In this document: piece after piece, positions 27,758 through 38,033 of the stretch | How the letters are laid out: each line of letters starts with the position of its first letter | Numbering within the stretch: the first letter of the stretch is position 1 | Assembly (NCBI GenBank): GCA_018000835.1 | Contig: JAGNJD010000001.1 | Coordinates: forward strand, 137,889 to 201,888 | Reading direction: 5' to 3' | From: Candidatus Goldiibacteriota bacterium | Lineage (GTDB): Bacteria > Oederibacteriota > PGYV01 > DSYL01 | Length of the DNA: 64,000 nucleotides | Position numbers and translations under genes: made by a program | The notes under the pieces: model-generated | Told to the model about the DNA's origin: nothing | The model's database searches: none | The model's input: the letters and a program-made list of their open reading frames with translations, nothing else

Positions 27758-29461
27758 GTGAAAATGAAAAAAACGTTTCTTTTTACTTTTATTTTTATAA
27801 TAATAGCACAAATAAGTTTTTCATCTTCCATACATCTTATAGGCGGGCAATTCGGCATTTCCTTTCCAGGCGGAAAAGAAATAACAGATATTTATCCTGC
27901 AATCGCTACAGACACAAATATATATTCTTATAATACAGGCATAGAATATAATTTTAAATTTTTCCCTTATTTATCCATAGGTGCCGGATGTAATTATTTA
28001 TTTAAAAGTTATCTAATTGATTTTTTAACTAAGCAGATTACTTATAATTACAATGCGGTTGAGCCATACGGAATAGTCCGCGGATATTTACAGGTTATGA
28101 ACGGGATTGACATATTTGCAGGCGCAGGTGCAGGATATAGTTTCCTCATAGGAAGCACGATATCCGACAGTTTAACTGCAACAAAGACAGACGTAAATGG
28201 TTCCGGAGTTTCATTAAAATTCTGTGGTGGTCTTGCTTATGAAGGTTCTGGTTTTACGACAATGCTTGAAGGTGGTTATAAAATAATGACAATTTCACCT
28301 TTAAAAACCAACAGTGGTGAAATTAAAAATAGTGATGATTCTTCTGCTGTTGCAAATTTTGGAGGTCCTTTTATCAATGTTCTAATTTTCCTTTCTTTTG
28401 GAAACAACCAGGAACAAAAAACAAATGGTGAAATAAAAGCAGAAAAACAAACCAGCCGGAACGCACAGGAGCAGACAGGCGAAGTATCAGAAAAAACGGA
28501 AAATATAAATCCAGTTGAAACCCAGGAACAAAGACAGGAAGCAGAAGGAAGCGTCCAACCAGATAAAACCGGTTATGCAACAATGCAGGAAGACGATACC
28601 GAAGGAATAATTATATTATCCCCGGGTGAATCAGAAATAAACGAACTTGAAAAATACATAGCTTCCAAACGCAGACAAATAATTCCGGAAGAAGAAACAA
28701 AAGAAGGCGAAGAAATTGAATTTGAATACGATGCCGAACAGGCCGGGGTGCTTCTCTTAGAAGCAGATGCAAAAAGTAAAGTAGAAAAAGCAGGCTATGT
28801 CCTTGTTGAAAAGGCCGGTTTTATCACAAATAATTTTACTGAAGATGGTTTTATTTTTACGAAAAAAAAAGAAAAAATGTTTTTGTATCCTGCTGATTTT
28901 GCATATATAAGATTAACCGTTGGAAAAAGTGCAAATAAAGGAAAAGAATTCATAATTTACGACGATAGTGAAGACGTTATGGACAATATATCCGGACAGC
29001 CAATGGGAAAAATGATAAATATACTCGGCGTTGCAAAAATAGTTGAACCCGTGGAAAATAATATTTTTAAAGTTCAGATAACAAAGGCTTATGCTCCGAT
29101 AAAAGAAGAAATGAAAATAAAAGAAAGAAATAATATAAGGGATTACCATAGAACATTATCAAAAAAAATCAAAAATAAAAATCTTAACGTGGAAGGTTAT
29201 ATAGTAAAGGTTCAAAAAGACGTCCTAAATATAAAAAACAAAGACATAGTTTATTTAAACGTTGGTGTTTCAAAAGGAATTTTGCCTGGGGAAAAATTAA
29301 ATATTTATCGTAGGACGTATAATAAAGATGAAGATAAAGAAGAAAATTTTCATAAAATCGGCTCGCTTTTGATTATCAATTCCGTCCAGAACTCTTCGGT
29401 TGGTCTGGTAACTGAACAAAATGAATTGATAAATATCGGCGACATAGTAAAAACAAAATAA
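27758..29461 (+). CDS. Secreted hypothetical protein, possibly an outer-membrane beta-barrel with an acidic linker and a C-terminal globular domain.
   Basis: Signal peptide present. The N-terminal ~200 aa has Gly/aromatic alternation typical of OMP barrels. A Glu/Gln-rich low-complexity linker follows. Confidence 0.4.
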   Translation: MKMKKTFLFTFIFIIIAQISFSSSIHLIGGQFGISFPGGKEITDIYPAIATDTNIYSYNTGIEYNFKFFPYLSIGAGCNYLFKSYLIDFLTKQITYNYNAVEPYGIVRGYLQVMNGIDIFAGAGAGYSFLIGSTISDSLTATKTDVNGSGVSLKFCGGLAYEGSGFTTMLEGGYKIMTISPLKTNSGEIKNSDDSSAVANFGGPFINVLIFLSFGNNQEQKTNGEIKAEKQTSRNAQEQTGEVSEKTENINPVETQEQRQEAEGSVQPDKTGYATMQEDDTEGIIILSPGESEINELEKYIASKRRQIIPEEETKEGEEIEFEYDAEQAGVLLLEADAKSKVEKAGYVLVEKAGFITNNFTEDGFIFTKKKEKMFLYPADFAYIRLTVGKSANKGKEFIIYDDSEDVMDNISGQPMGKMINILGVAKIVEPVENNIFKVQITKAYAPIKEEMKIKERNNIRDYHRTLSKKIKNKNLNVEGYIVKVQKDVLNIKNKDIVYLNVGVSKGILPGEKLNIYRRTYNKDEDKEENFHKIGSLLIINSVQNSSVGLVTEQNELINIGDIVKTK

Positions 29462-29621
29462 AATGTATGATTTACTTTCCGTAAGATGCTACGGGTTATG
29501 TTTTCGTTTTTATTCAGTTTTTTACGTGGGGTCAGGGTTAATATGAATGAAGGTGAATATGACATATTTCAAGTGTCAAAACAAATTTTTTTATAAATCT
29601 ATCATAAAACTATAATATTTT

Positions 29622-30425
29622 ATGGATGAAAAAACAGCATTTGAAAAATTAAAAGATGCCATATTGAATAAATCAGGGCTTGATTTAAATCAATATAAGG
29701 AAAATTATCTTAAAAGACGTATTGCAGTAAGAATGAGGTCTTTACAGATGATTTCCTATGAGGAATATTTAAAATATATTCTTATCAGGGATGAGGAATG
29801 TGATTTATTACTTGATAAACTTACTATAAACGTTACGCAATTTTTCAGGGACATGGAAGCATTTGAAGAGATAGACAAAAACGTTCTCCCTGATTTAATA
29901 CGAAACAATTTTAGAATAAAAATATGGAGCGCTGGATGTTCAACCGGCGAAGAAGCGTATTCAATTGCAATATTGATGGAAGAAATAGCAGAAAATCTTG
30001 GCATATTAAATTATAGATACAACGTTATAGGAACAGACATAGACGAAAAAGCATTATACAGGGCAAATCTGGGATGCTATGAGGGAAGAACCCTTGATAA
30101 TGTTTCGGCCGAGAGAAAAAAAAAGTATTTTGATTTTGATGGTAAAAATTATATAATAAAAGAAAACATAAAGAAAAAAGTGGAATTTTTAAAATTTAAT
30201 CTAATGGAACCATTTAAAACGGACTATTTTAACGTGATTTTTTGCAGAAACGTCATAATTTATTTTACGAGAGAATTGCAAAATAAGGTTATCGGCTATT
30301 TTTATGATTCATTAAAAGATAACGGCATTTTTGTGATGGGAAAGACAGAAACAATGCTCATTAATTTCAGAAATAAATTTGAATGCTTAAACATAAGGGA
30401 AAGGATATTCATAAAAAGGAAATAA
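29622..30425 (+). CDS. cheR: Chemotaxis protein methyltransferase CheR.
   Basis: N-terminal all-helical domain; SAM-binding IWSAGCSTGEEAYSIAI; ...FCRNVIIYF... Confidence 0.85.
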   Translation: MDEKTAFEKLKDAILNKSGLDLNQYKENYLKRRIAVRMRSLQMISYEEYLKYILIRDEECDLLLDKLTINVTQFFRDMEAFEEIDKNVLPDLIRNNFRIKIWSAGCSTGEEAYSIAILMEEIAENLGILNYRYNVIGTDIDEKALYRANLGCYEGRTLDNVSAERKKKYFDFDGKNYIIKENIKKKVEFLKFNLMEPFKTDYFNVIFCRNVIIYFTRELQNKVIGYFYDSLKDNGIFVMGKTETMLINFRNKFECLNIRERIFIKRK

Positions 30426-30426
30426 A

Positions 30427-31608
30427 ATGGAAACTGCGCAGGACCACATCAATTTAGGACTTGCCTTTACAATATCAAAAAATTACGTAATGGCAATAAA
30501 AGAATTTGAAAAAGCTCTAACGTTAAATCCGGATGATGCAGAAGTCCACGCTCATCTTGCAGACGTTTATGTTTACAAAGGCGATTATAACGGCGCAATA
30601 CAGGAGTATGAAAAAGCATTAAGGATAAATCCCGTTAACGTAAACATAATAATTAAACTTGGTAAGTTGTATGCAAATCTTGGTAAAACAGATAAGGCAA
30701 TTGAACAATACAAACGAGCGATTGAAATTAATCCCGATGACTTAAACATCAGACACGCAATGGGCGATGTTTACGTAAAAATGGAAAAACTTGCTGAAGC
30801 AGAAAAAGAATATAAATACATCCTTGAAAAAGACAGCGATAACATAGAAATAAGGTTTAAAATAGGTTATATTTATGAACTGACGAAAAAATATAAAGAA
30901 GCAGCAATTGAATACGAAAGTGTTTTAAAAAAAAATCCAAAAAGCCATGGTCTGTATTCGATACTTGGTAATATATATAAAAACATGAAAAATTATGATA
31001 AAGCAGTTGAATATTATGAAAAAGCATTACAGATAAATCCCAGGGAAGCAGGCGCTGCATATAATCTTGGAGTAATATATTATGAAAAGGGAGAATATGA
31101 AAAAGCACTTAACGAATTTGAGCGTGCCAAAGAAAATAAATATAAAAGCAGTGAAATACACATAAAAATAGGAGAAATTTACAATAAACTGGGGAAAAAA
31201 GAACAGGCCATTGAAGAATACAAAAAAGTTTCTGAAAAGGGAATTAAAACTGATTTTGAAACTCATAAAGCAATGGGTATTGTTTACTTTGAAGAAGGAC
31301 AACTGGATGAAGCAATCAAAGAATTTGAAATGGCTCTTGAACAAAAAAAAGACGATCCGTTCATATATGAAAATCTCGGACACATCTATTATAAAAAAGT
31401 CGTGTATAATGAATCCAAAACAAATTTTTTAAAAGCCATTGAACTCGGCAGGGAAGACGCTGAAATTTTTTACAAACTCGGCAACATTGCAATGAAAGAA
31501 AACGACCCCAAAAAAGCAAAAGAATACTGGGAAAAATCGTTAAAAATAAATCCCGACAACCAGATAATAATAAAAAATCTTAAATTACTTTCAAGCAGCA
31601 ACATTTAA
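30427..31608 (+). CDS. TPR repeat protein.
   Basis: About ten tandem 34-aa TPR units (AxxxLGxxYxxxGxYxxAIxxYxKALxxxP). Confidence 0.7.
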   Translation: METAQDHINLGLAFTISKNYVMAIKEFEKALTLNPDDAEVHAHLADVYVYKGDYNGAIQEYEKALRINPVNVNIIIKLGKLYANLGKTDKAIEQYKRAIEINPDDLNIRHAMGDVYVKMEKLAEAEKEYKYILEKDSDNIEIRFKIGYIYELTKKYKEAAIEYESVLKKNPKSHGLYSILGNIYKNMKNYDKAVEYYEKALQINPREAGAAYNLGVIYYEKGEYEKALNEFERAKENKYKSSEIHIKIGEIYNKLGKKEQAIEEYKKVSEKGIKTDFETHKAMGIVYFEEGQLDEAIKEFEMALEQKKDDPFIYENLGHIYYKKVVYNESKTNFLKAIELGREDAEIFYKLGNIAMKENDPKKAKEYWEKSLKINPDNQIIIKNLKLLSSSNI

Positions 31609-31619
31609 AGGGAAAATTT

Positions 31620-32228
31620 ATGAACATTCTGAAACAGCAGCAGAAAACCCTGGGGGAATTGCTTATTAATTCAGGCATAATAAACAAAGAACAACTCGAA
31701 ATCGCATTAAATGAACAAAAAAATACGGATGAGCCACTCGGAAAAATTTTAGTCCGTATGGGCTTTGCACGCGAAGAAGATATCATAAACGTTTTAAAAG
31801 GCATGCTTGTCGTAATTTTTGAGATAAACAACGAAAGTTTTGGGGTTGAAATAATATTTGCGAAAGAAATAATAAAATATAAAAAAATAATCCCTTTGCC
31901 CACGGTTTCAAAATACATTAAAGGTCTGATAAGCATCAGGGATATTGTCGTACCCGTTATCAGTTTAAACCAGATTATATACAATAAAGAAGACGTCGTT
32001 ACGGAAGATACCAGAATCATCGTTATAGAAAATAAGGACGACGTTGCGGGCATCCTCGTTGACAAAGTCGTTGCCGTAAAAAATTTTCATACGGGTGATT
32101 TTGAAAAGTTAAGCAATAATTCGGTTAATGCTGAAAAAAAATACATCGCAGGAATCATAAAAGATAAAAACGGAATTATTACCCTTATAAAACCTGAATT
32201 TATATTCTCGGGGAAAATATATGTCTGA
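31620..32228 (+). CDS. CheW-like coupling protein with an N-terminal MshEN/T2SSE_N-like (putative c-di-GMP-binding) domain.
   Basis: The N-terminus has two ~24-aa MshEN-type motifs, LGELLINSGIINKEQLEIALNEQ and LGKILVRMGFAREEDIINVL. The C-terminal 140 aa is CheW-like (FGVEIIFAKEII...GLISIRDIVVPVISL...AGILVDKVVAV). Confidence 0.6.
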   Translation: MNILKQQQKTLGELLINSGIINKEQLEIALNEQKNTDEPLGKILVRMGFAREEDIINVLKGMLVVIFEINNESFGVEIIFAKEIIKYKKIIPLPTVSKYIKGLISIRDIVVPVISLNQIIYNKEDVVTEDTRIIVIENKDDVAGILVDKVVAVKNFHTGDFEKLSNNSVNAEKKYIAGIIKDKNGIITLIKPEFIFSGKIYV

Positions 32229-34413
32229 TAATACCGTTGCCCCGGTCAGAAAACAAAACGATGATAACAGTGCAATTGAACATAACAACGCAGGTGTTTA
32301 TTATTATTCAAAAGGAATGTATCAGGAAGCAATTGAAGAATTCAAAAAAGCGTTAAGCATAAATCCATCCTACGTTCAGGCTCAGGCAAACCTGAAAGCT
32401 GTAAATAAACAAACGGGAATATACGACAGAGCCATACTTGCATATAAAAAAGTCCTGCAAATGAGGTCGGATGACCCCGATGCTTTTTTTAATCTGGGAC
32501 ATGCACTAACCTATACCGGTGAATATAAAGAAGCCATAAAATATCTCACAAAAACACTTGAGTTGAATCCAGAGCACATAATTGCACAGAATCTGCTTGG
32601 AATAATTTATAAAAATACGGGAGAAATTGACAGGGCAGAGCAGGTTTTCAGGGAAGCCTTAAAAAAATACCCTAATTTTGTAGAACTAAATAATAACCTG
32701 GGGGAAACTCTTTATAAAAAAGGTTTGTATGAAGAAGCAGAAAGTTACCTGAAACAGGCAATAAAATTAAACAAAGAATATGCCATTGCTTATTACAACC
32801 TTGGTTTTGTATACGGAGAACTAGGCAGGAATGAAGAAGCAAATGCATGCTACAACAGGGCAATTGAATTAAATCCTTCTTTTATAAAATCAAATAAAAG
32901 TTTAATAATTGACTATCATGAAACAGCCGGCGTAAAACGTGAAGCAGAAATTGAAAACCTGAGCGATGACAGAAAAGCAGAGGCATTTTATCATCTTGCC
33001 AGCGTTTACAAAATGAAAGGATATATTGACGACGCAATTACGCAGATAAAAAGAGCAATAACTTTAAATACGAAAAATCCAAATTATTACAATTTTTTTG
33101 GCGAGTTATTGATAAAAAAAGGCATGGTAAAAGATGCCGTTGAAATCTTCAAACAAACCATAAAAATTGAACCATCTTTCTTTGAAGCAAAATTAAACAT
33201 AGCGGTTGCATACAGGGAAATGAAAGAATTTGACAGGGCAAGAGAAGTCATTAAAACAATCAAAGAAGAAAATCCGGAATTCACAAGGGATGACCTGCAT
33301 CTTGGAATAATAGATTATAAGGAAGAAAAAATAGAAGAAGCCATTGAAAAGTTTATGTCACAATTAAAAAAAGAACCTTATGACGACGAATCTCATTATT
33401 ACCTGGGGCTCTGTTTTTACAAAAAAAAGGGGTATGACATGGCTATTACGGCGCTTCGCAGGGCAATTGAGCTTACTCCGGCTTACATTAAAAAACCGGA
33501 AGTAAACCTTTATCTCGGGCTCGTTCTTACGGACAAAAACAGATATGACGAAGCAATCGTTGAGTACCAAAAGGTTCTATCCGTGCAGCCGGATAATGCA
33601 GTTGCACACAACAGCATGGGGGTTGCTTATAAAAATCTCGGCAATCTTGACAGAGCAATAGATGAATACAAAAAAGCAGTTTTAATAGACAAAAATTATT
33701 ATAAGGCCTATAACAACCTTGGAGTTGCTTATTACAAAAAAAATTTTTTTGATGAAGCAGAAAAATATTTCAAAAAAGCACTGGAAATCGAGCCCGGCTA
33801 CGAAGTTGCCAGAAAAAACCTTGAATCCGCACAAAAAAAAGACGTAATTTTTAAAGAAACCATTGACAGATTGCAGGAAAAAATAAAGGAAAAACCGGAT
33901 GAACCTTCATTTTATTATGACCTTGCAAACGCATACAGAAACACTGGACATTTAAAAGACGCTATTGTAAAATATAAAAAAGTAATTGAATTGCAACCCG
34001 AAAACGTTGATGCCTGTAATAATCTGGGTATGGTTTACATGGAAGACGGGAATTATGACGAAGCAATAAAGGTCTTTATAAATGTCCTTTCAAAGGATTC
34101 AAAAAATTCCAGAGCACATTTATTGCTCGCAGATGCTTATTGCAAAAAAGAATGGTGGGATGAAGCAGACATAGAATACCATAAAGCCCTTGAATTAAAC
34201 AACGACCTTGAAGAAGTATTTTTCAAACTTGGAGAAGTATACAGACAAAAATCATGGTGGGATGAGGCAATTGAAATGTGGACAAAATATCTGGATAGAA
34301 ACGATGGCTCTGAAATGGCAAGACAGGCACAGGAAAACATAAGAATGATTGAACTGTGGAAAAGGGAATTTCTGATTTCGCCTTCCCAGAGCAATCGCAA
34401 AATTATTAAGTAA
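32221..34413 (+). CDS. Large TPR repeat protein (730 aa).
   Basis: More than 15 TPR units; start overlaps the upstream gene stop. Confidence 0.7.
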   Translation: MSDNTVAPVRKQNDDNSAIEHNNAGVYYYSKGMYQEAIEEFKKALSINPSYVQAQANLKAVNKQTGIYDRAILAYKKVLQMRSDDPDAFFNLGHALTYTGEYKEAIKYLTKTLELNPEHIIAQNLLGIIYKNTGEIDRAEQVFREALKKYPNFVELNNNLGETLYKKGLYEEAESYLKQAIKLNKEYAIAYYNLGFVYGELGRNEEANACYNRAIELNPSFIKSNKSLIIDYHETAGVKREAEIENLSDDRKAEAFYHLASVYKMKGYIDDAITQIKRAITLNTKNPNYYNFFGELLIKKGMVKDAVEIFKQTIKIEPSFFEAKLNIAVAYREMKEFDRAREVIKTIKEENPEFTRDDLHLGIIDYKEEKIEEAIEKFMSQLKKEPYDDESHYYLGLCFYKKKGYDMAITALRRAIELTPAYIKKPEVNLYLGLVLTDKNRYDEAIVEYQKVLSVQPDNAVAHNSMGVAYKNLGNLDRAIDEYKKAVLIDKNYYKAYNNLGVAYYKKNFFDEAEKYFKKALEIEPGYEVARKNLESAQKKDVIFKETIDRLQEKIKEKPDEPSFYYDLANAYRNTGHLKDAIVKYKKVIELQPENVDACNNLGMVYMEDGNYDEAIKVFINVLSKDSKNSRAHLLLADAYCKKEWWDEADIEYHKALELNNDLEEVFFKLGEVYRQKSWWDEAIEMWTKYLDRNDGSEMARQAQENIRMIELWKREFLISPSQSNRKIIK

Positions 34414-34420
34414 AAATTTC

Positions 34421-34759
34421 ATGAAAAAAATTACGGTAATAATACCACCAAACAAATTTGATAATTTAAAGAAAAAACTGATAGAAGACGGAGTAAAAGG
34501 CATTACAATAACCAGAGTTGATGGTTTTGGATACGAAAAAAAACAGATGGACGTTTTGAAAAACAAGGAAATACTAATTGAATCGCTGCCAAAAATAAAA
34601 CTGGAAATCGTATTAAAAGATAACGAAGTTGACGACGTTATAAACAGCATAATAGCCGTAACAAGAACAGGCAGATTGGGCGATGGTAAGATATTTGTAT
34701 CGGAAATAACCGACGTCATAAGAATTAGAACCGGCGAGAGAAAAGAAGATGCGTTATAA
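34421..34759 (+). CDS. P-II (GlnB/GlnK family) signal-transduction protein homolog.
   Basis: The 112-aa product aligns with GlnB along its whole length: MKKI.VIIPP.KFD.L...L...GV.G.T.T.V.GFG...; ...RTGRLGDGKIFVSEITDVIRIRTGE. The T-loop lacks the Tyr51 uridylylation site. Confidence 0.75.
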   Translation: MKKITVIIPPNKFDNLKKKLIEDGVKGITITRVDGFGYEKKQMDVLKNKEILIESLPKIKLEIVLKDNEVDDVINSIIAVTRTGRLGDGKIFVSEITDVIRIRTGERKEDAL

Positions 34760-34779
34760 AAAACTTTCGGAGGTATTAT

Positions 34780-35145
34780 ATGTCAAAAAAAGTATTACTT
34801 GCTGATGACGCTTCTTTTATGCGCATGATGCTCAGGAACATACTTGAACCAGCAGGTTTTACAATAGTTGGCGAAGCATCAAACGGAAGAGAAGCCATAG
34901 AGTTATATAAAAAATTAAAACCTGACGTTTTTATTACGGACATGATAATGCCGGAAATTGGCGGTATTGACGTCGTCCGTGAGTTAATAAAGGAATTTCC
35001 TGACGCCAACATAATTATATGTAGTGCCATCGGGCAGCAGACCCTTGTGATAGAAGCCATCCAGGCAGGTGCAAAGGATTACATAGTAAAACCTTTTGAA
35101 CAGGCAAACGTCCTGGAAACAATAAATAAAATAATAGAAAAATAA
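34780..35145 (+). CDS. cheY: Chemotaxis response regulator CheY.
   Basis: Single REC domain with the DD pair (LLADDASFMR), the phospho-acceptor Asp (FITDMIMP) and the conserved Lys (YIVKPF). Confidence 0.85.
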   Translation: MSKKVLLADDASFMRMMLRNILEPAGFTIVGEASNGREAIELYKKLKPDVFITDMIMPEIGGIDVVRELIKEFPDANIIICSAIGQQTLVIEAIQAGAKDYIVKPFEQANVLETINKIIEK

Positions 35146-35146
35146 C

Positions 35147-35770
35147 ATGCAAAACGAAAAACTTACCGACATGCAAAGAGATGCATTAAAAGAACTTGGA
35201 AATATTGGTGCAGGAAGCGCGGCAACCGCACTTTCCCAGCTTCTTGGCAAAGACATTAAATTAAACGTTCCTGACGTAACGATCATTCCAATTGAAAAAG
35301 TAAACGAAAAAATAGCAAAACACCAGCAGATAATAGCAGCCGTTTATTTGCGTATCTATGGTGAAATACAGGCAAGAGCACTCCTTATTCTTCCACAGGA
35401 TAAAATATTTTATATAATTGATCTTCTTATGAAAAAAAAACTGGGCACCACGAGAGAATTCGGTGAAAATGAACAATCGGCAATAAAAGAAATCGGTAAC
35501 ATAATTATCTCTTCGTATCTGAATGCTCTTGCAAAATTCATCGGCTTAAATTCAGTTCCTTCCGTACCTGCCCTTGCCGTTGACATGGCAGATGCCATTA
35601 TACAAACCATTTCTGCAGAACTTGCAGAAGTAGGCCCCGATGCTTTTCTTATAGAAAACGAAATGGTAGAAAAAGAAATAGATCTTTCTACCACTCTTTT
35701 AATATTGCCTGAAATGACTTCTATGAAAAAAATATTAAAAGCATTAAATGATACCATAAAAGGTTCATAA
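35147..35770 (+). CDS. cheC: CheC-family CheY-P phosphatase.
   Basis: Two internal repeats carry the E-x2-N motif (ALKELGNIGAGSAATALS and AIKEIGNIIISSYLNALA). Confidence 0.8.
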   Translation: MQNEKLTDMQRDALKELGNIGAGSAATALSQLLGKDIKLNVPDVTIIPIEKVNEKIAKHQQIIAAVYLRIYGEIQARALLILPQDKIFYIIDLLMKKKLGTTREFGENEQSAIKEIGNIIISSYLNALAKFIGLNSVPSVPALAVDMADAIIQTISAELAEVGPDAFLIENEMVEKEIDLSTTLLILPEMTSMKKILKALNDTIKGS

Positions 35771-35778
35771 TGAAATAG

Positions 35779-36249
35779 ATGGCTCACATAAACGTAGAAA
35801 TGGGACAACTAAAAATCGGGAAGTATAACGACGTACTGACTGCTTATGGCATAGGTTCCTGCGTCGTCGTTATTTGTTATGACAGGATAAATCCGGTTGC
35901 AGGAATGCTCCATGGAATATTACCGGAAAAACCTGCAAAAAAATCCGGTGAAAACAGATACATAAACAGCGGAATAGAAAATTTGATAAAAACTTTGCTT
36001 GACATGGGCGTAAGCATAAAAAACATTGATGCAAAGATTCTTGGCGGAGCGAGCATGTTTGACGTAAAATTGAGCAGCGATACCATAGGAGAAAGAAACA
36101 TTAAAATGGCAAAGGAAGTGCTTACAAAAAAACAGATAAAAATAACCGGCGAAGATACCGGCTTAAATTACGGCAGAAATGTTGAATTTTTCGTTGAAAC
36201 GAAAAAAACAGTGATAAAAAGTTTTACGCATGGCTTAAAATACATTTAA
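35779..36249 (+). CDS. cheD: Chemoreceptor glutamine deamidase CheD.
   Basis: The conserved active-site Cys is present (GIGSCVVVICYD) with the HGILP context. Confidence 0.8.
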   Translation: MAHINVEMGQLKIGKYNDVLTAYGIGSCVVVICYDRINPVAGMLHGILPEKPAKKSGENRYINSGIENLIKTLLDMGVSIKNIDAKILGGASMFDVKLSSDTIGERNIKMAKEVLTKKQIKITGEDTGLNYGRNVEFFVETKKTVIKSFTHGLKYI

Positions 36250-36262
36250 AAGGTAAAAATTT

Positions 36263-37531
36263 ATGAACAAAACAAAACAGCGTTTAACTATATTTACGCA
36301 ACTTATAATTATAAATGTCATAATCGGAATTCTTGTCGTTGCATCAATAGTGATTATGTCTATTTTAAACAAAATAGAGGTAAAGAGTTTAAGTTTCTTT
36401 CTGCTATGTGCAGGTGCATTTACGCTCATGATAATTGCAAACGCTTTTATATCAATGAATATAATTTTTTCCCAGACCGACGTCATCTCAAAAGAAAGCA
36501 AAAAAATAGCAAATGGTGATTTAACCATCCGGTTGATTAAAGAGGAAGGCCCGTTTGGCCAGATTACCGAATCCATAAATCAGATAACTGATGGAATAAA
36601 ATCTATCGTCAAAAAAGTAAACGAGTCCATAGAATCCATAATGACAATGGTTGAAAACCTGTCTGCATCGACGCAGGAGATAAACGCAAGCAGTGAGGAA
36701 ATTGCCTCCACGGTCCAGCAGATAGCGCGGGGAGTTGAGCAGCAGGCAAACAGGACGTCCGAAACCTCAAGAATTATGGAAAAAATGTCCGATTCAATAC
36801 AAAACGTCGCAAAAAAATCAGAAGACGTTTTAGAGGTCTCAACTAACGCAAGACAGGCAACGGACAAAGGGATTTCGGCAATGAATGAAATAACAAAAAA
36901 AATGGAAGGAATAGTAGAAGCAACGAACAATGCAAAAAATTCCATATCTGAATTACGCATTTATTCAGATAAAATAGAAGAGATAGTTAACATAATAACA
37001 GAAATTGCGGATGAAACCAACCTTCTCGCTTTAAACGCTGCAATTGAAGCGGCGAGAGCCGGAGAAGCAGGACGTGGATTTGCAGTAGTGGCAGACGAGG
37101 TCAGAAAACTTGCAGAAGGTTCAGCCGGTGCAGCAAAGGAAATTTCAAAATTGGTTGAGGAAATACATGAAAAAACAAAAACAGTTGAAAAAGCGGTTTT
37201 AAAAAGCGTTGAAGAAAACGAAAAAGGTAAAAAAGCCGTATATACGAGTGAAGATGCATTAAAAGAAATTGACATGATTGTCGGAAAAGTGGTCGACATT
37301 GCAAAAGAAATTTTTAATCTTACGCGACAACAGGCAGAAGATACGGATAAAGTCGTAAAAGCAGTGGAAGAGATTTCAGCAGTTGCGGAACAAACAGCGG
37401 CGGGCACACAGCAGGCATCTGCTTCAACGCAGGAACAAACTGCGTCAATGCAGGAAATAGCTGCACAGGCACAGGAACTGGCACAAACGGCCGAAGCCCT
37501 TAAAAATTCAATCAAAAAATTTAATTTTTAA
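36263..37531 (+). CDS. Methyl-accepting chemotaxis protein (two TM segments, HAMP, MCP signalling domain).
   Basis: Has the highly conserved hairpin-tip [39 protein letters not shown] and methylation heptads. Confidence 0.85.
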   Translation: MNKTKQRLTIFTQLIIINVIIGILVVASIVIMSILNKIEVKSLSFFLLCAGAFTLMIIANAFISMNIIFSQTDVISKESKKIANGDLTIRLIKEEGPFGQITESINQITDGIKSIVKKVNESIESIMTMVENLSASTQEINASSEEIASTVQQIARGVEQQANRTSETSRIMEKMSDSIQNVAKKSEDVLEVSTNARQATDKGISAMNEITKKMEGIVEATNNAKNSISELRIYSDKIEEIVNIITEIADETNLLALNAAIEAARAGEAGRGFAVVADEVRKLAEGSAGAAKEISKLVEEIHEKTKTVEKAVLKSVEENEKGKKAVYTSEDALKEIDMIVGKVVDIAKEIFNLTRQQAEDTDKVVKAVEEISAVAEQTAAGTQQASASTQEQTASMQEIAAQAQELAQTAEALKNSIKKFNF

Positions 37532-37541
37532 AGGAAATTTT

Positions 37542-38033
37542 ATGGAAAAAAAAGTCGTGGGTTTTAAATTAAAAGAAGAAGAGTTTGCGTTTGACATTAT
37601 GAAAGTCATTGAAATAATAAAACTAAAAGAAATAACTGAGGTTCCGACCGCCCCTGATTTTATAGAAGGCGTAATTAATTTAAGAGGCAAAATAATCCCT
37701 ATAATTGATTTAAGAAAAAGATTTAACGTGGACATTGAAGAAAGGGACAAAAACTACAGAATAATAATAGTTGAAATTTCCCAATCCCAGAACGTGGGAA
37801 TAATAGTCGACGAAGTCACAAAGGTCTTTTCGGTTACCGATGAGCAGACAATGCCTGTGCCGCAGACGGTGAGTCAGGCAGGCGGTAAATATATTGAATC
37901 AATAATTAAAATTGACGACAGAATTATTATCCTTCTGGATGTGGAAAAAATTTTTACGGAATCAGAAAAAATAGAATTAAACGACATCATTAACGTAGAC
38001 GGAGGTCAAATTGAAAAAAGTCCTGGTAGTTGA
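37542..38033 (+). CDS. cheW: Chemotaxis coupling protein CheW.
   Basis: FAFDIMKVIEII...VPTAPDFIEGVINLRGKIIPIIDLR...VGIIVDEV. Confidence 0.85.
   Translation: MEKKVVGFKLKEEEFAFDIMKVIEIIKLKEITEVPTAPDFIEGVINLRGKIIPIIDLRKRFNVDIEERDKNYRIIIVEISQSQNVGIIVDEVTKVFSVTDEQTMPVPQTVSQAGGKYIESIIKIDDRIIILLDVEKIFTESEKIELNDIINVDGGQIEKSPGS

Noticed and set aside
36961-37515. Ala/Ser/Cys-rich 184-aa minus-strand ORF inside the MCP gene, and similar antisense ORFs within cheA (39706-40976).
   Set aside because: Their composition is the complement of the codon-biased MCP and cheA reading frames; they have no start context or motifs.
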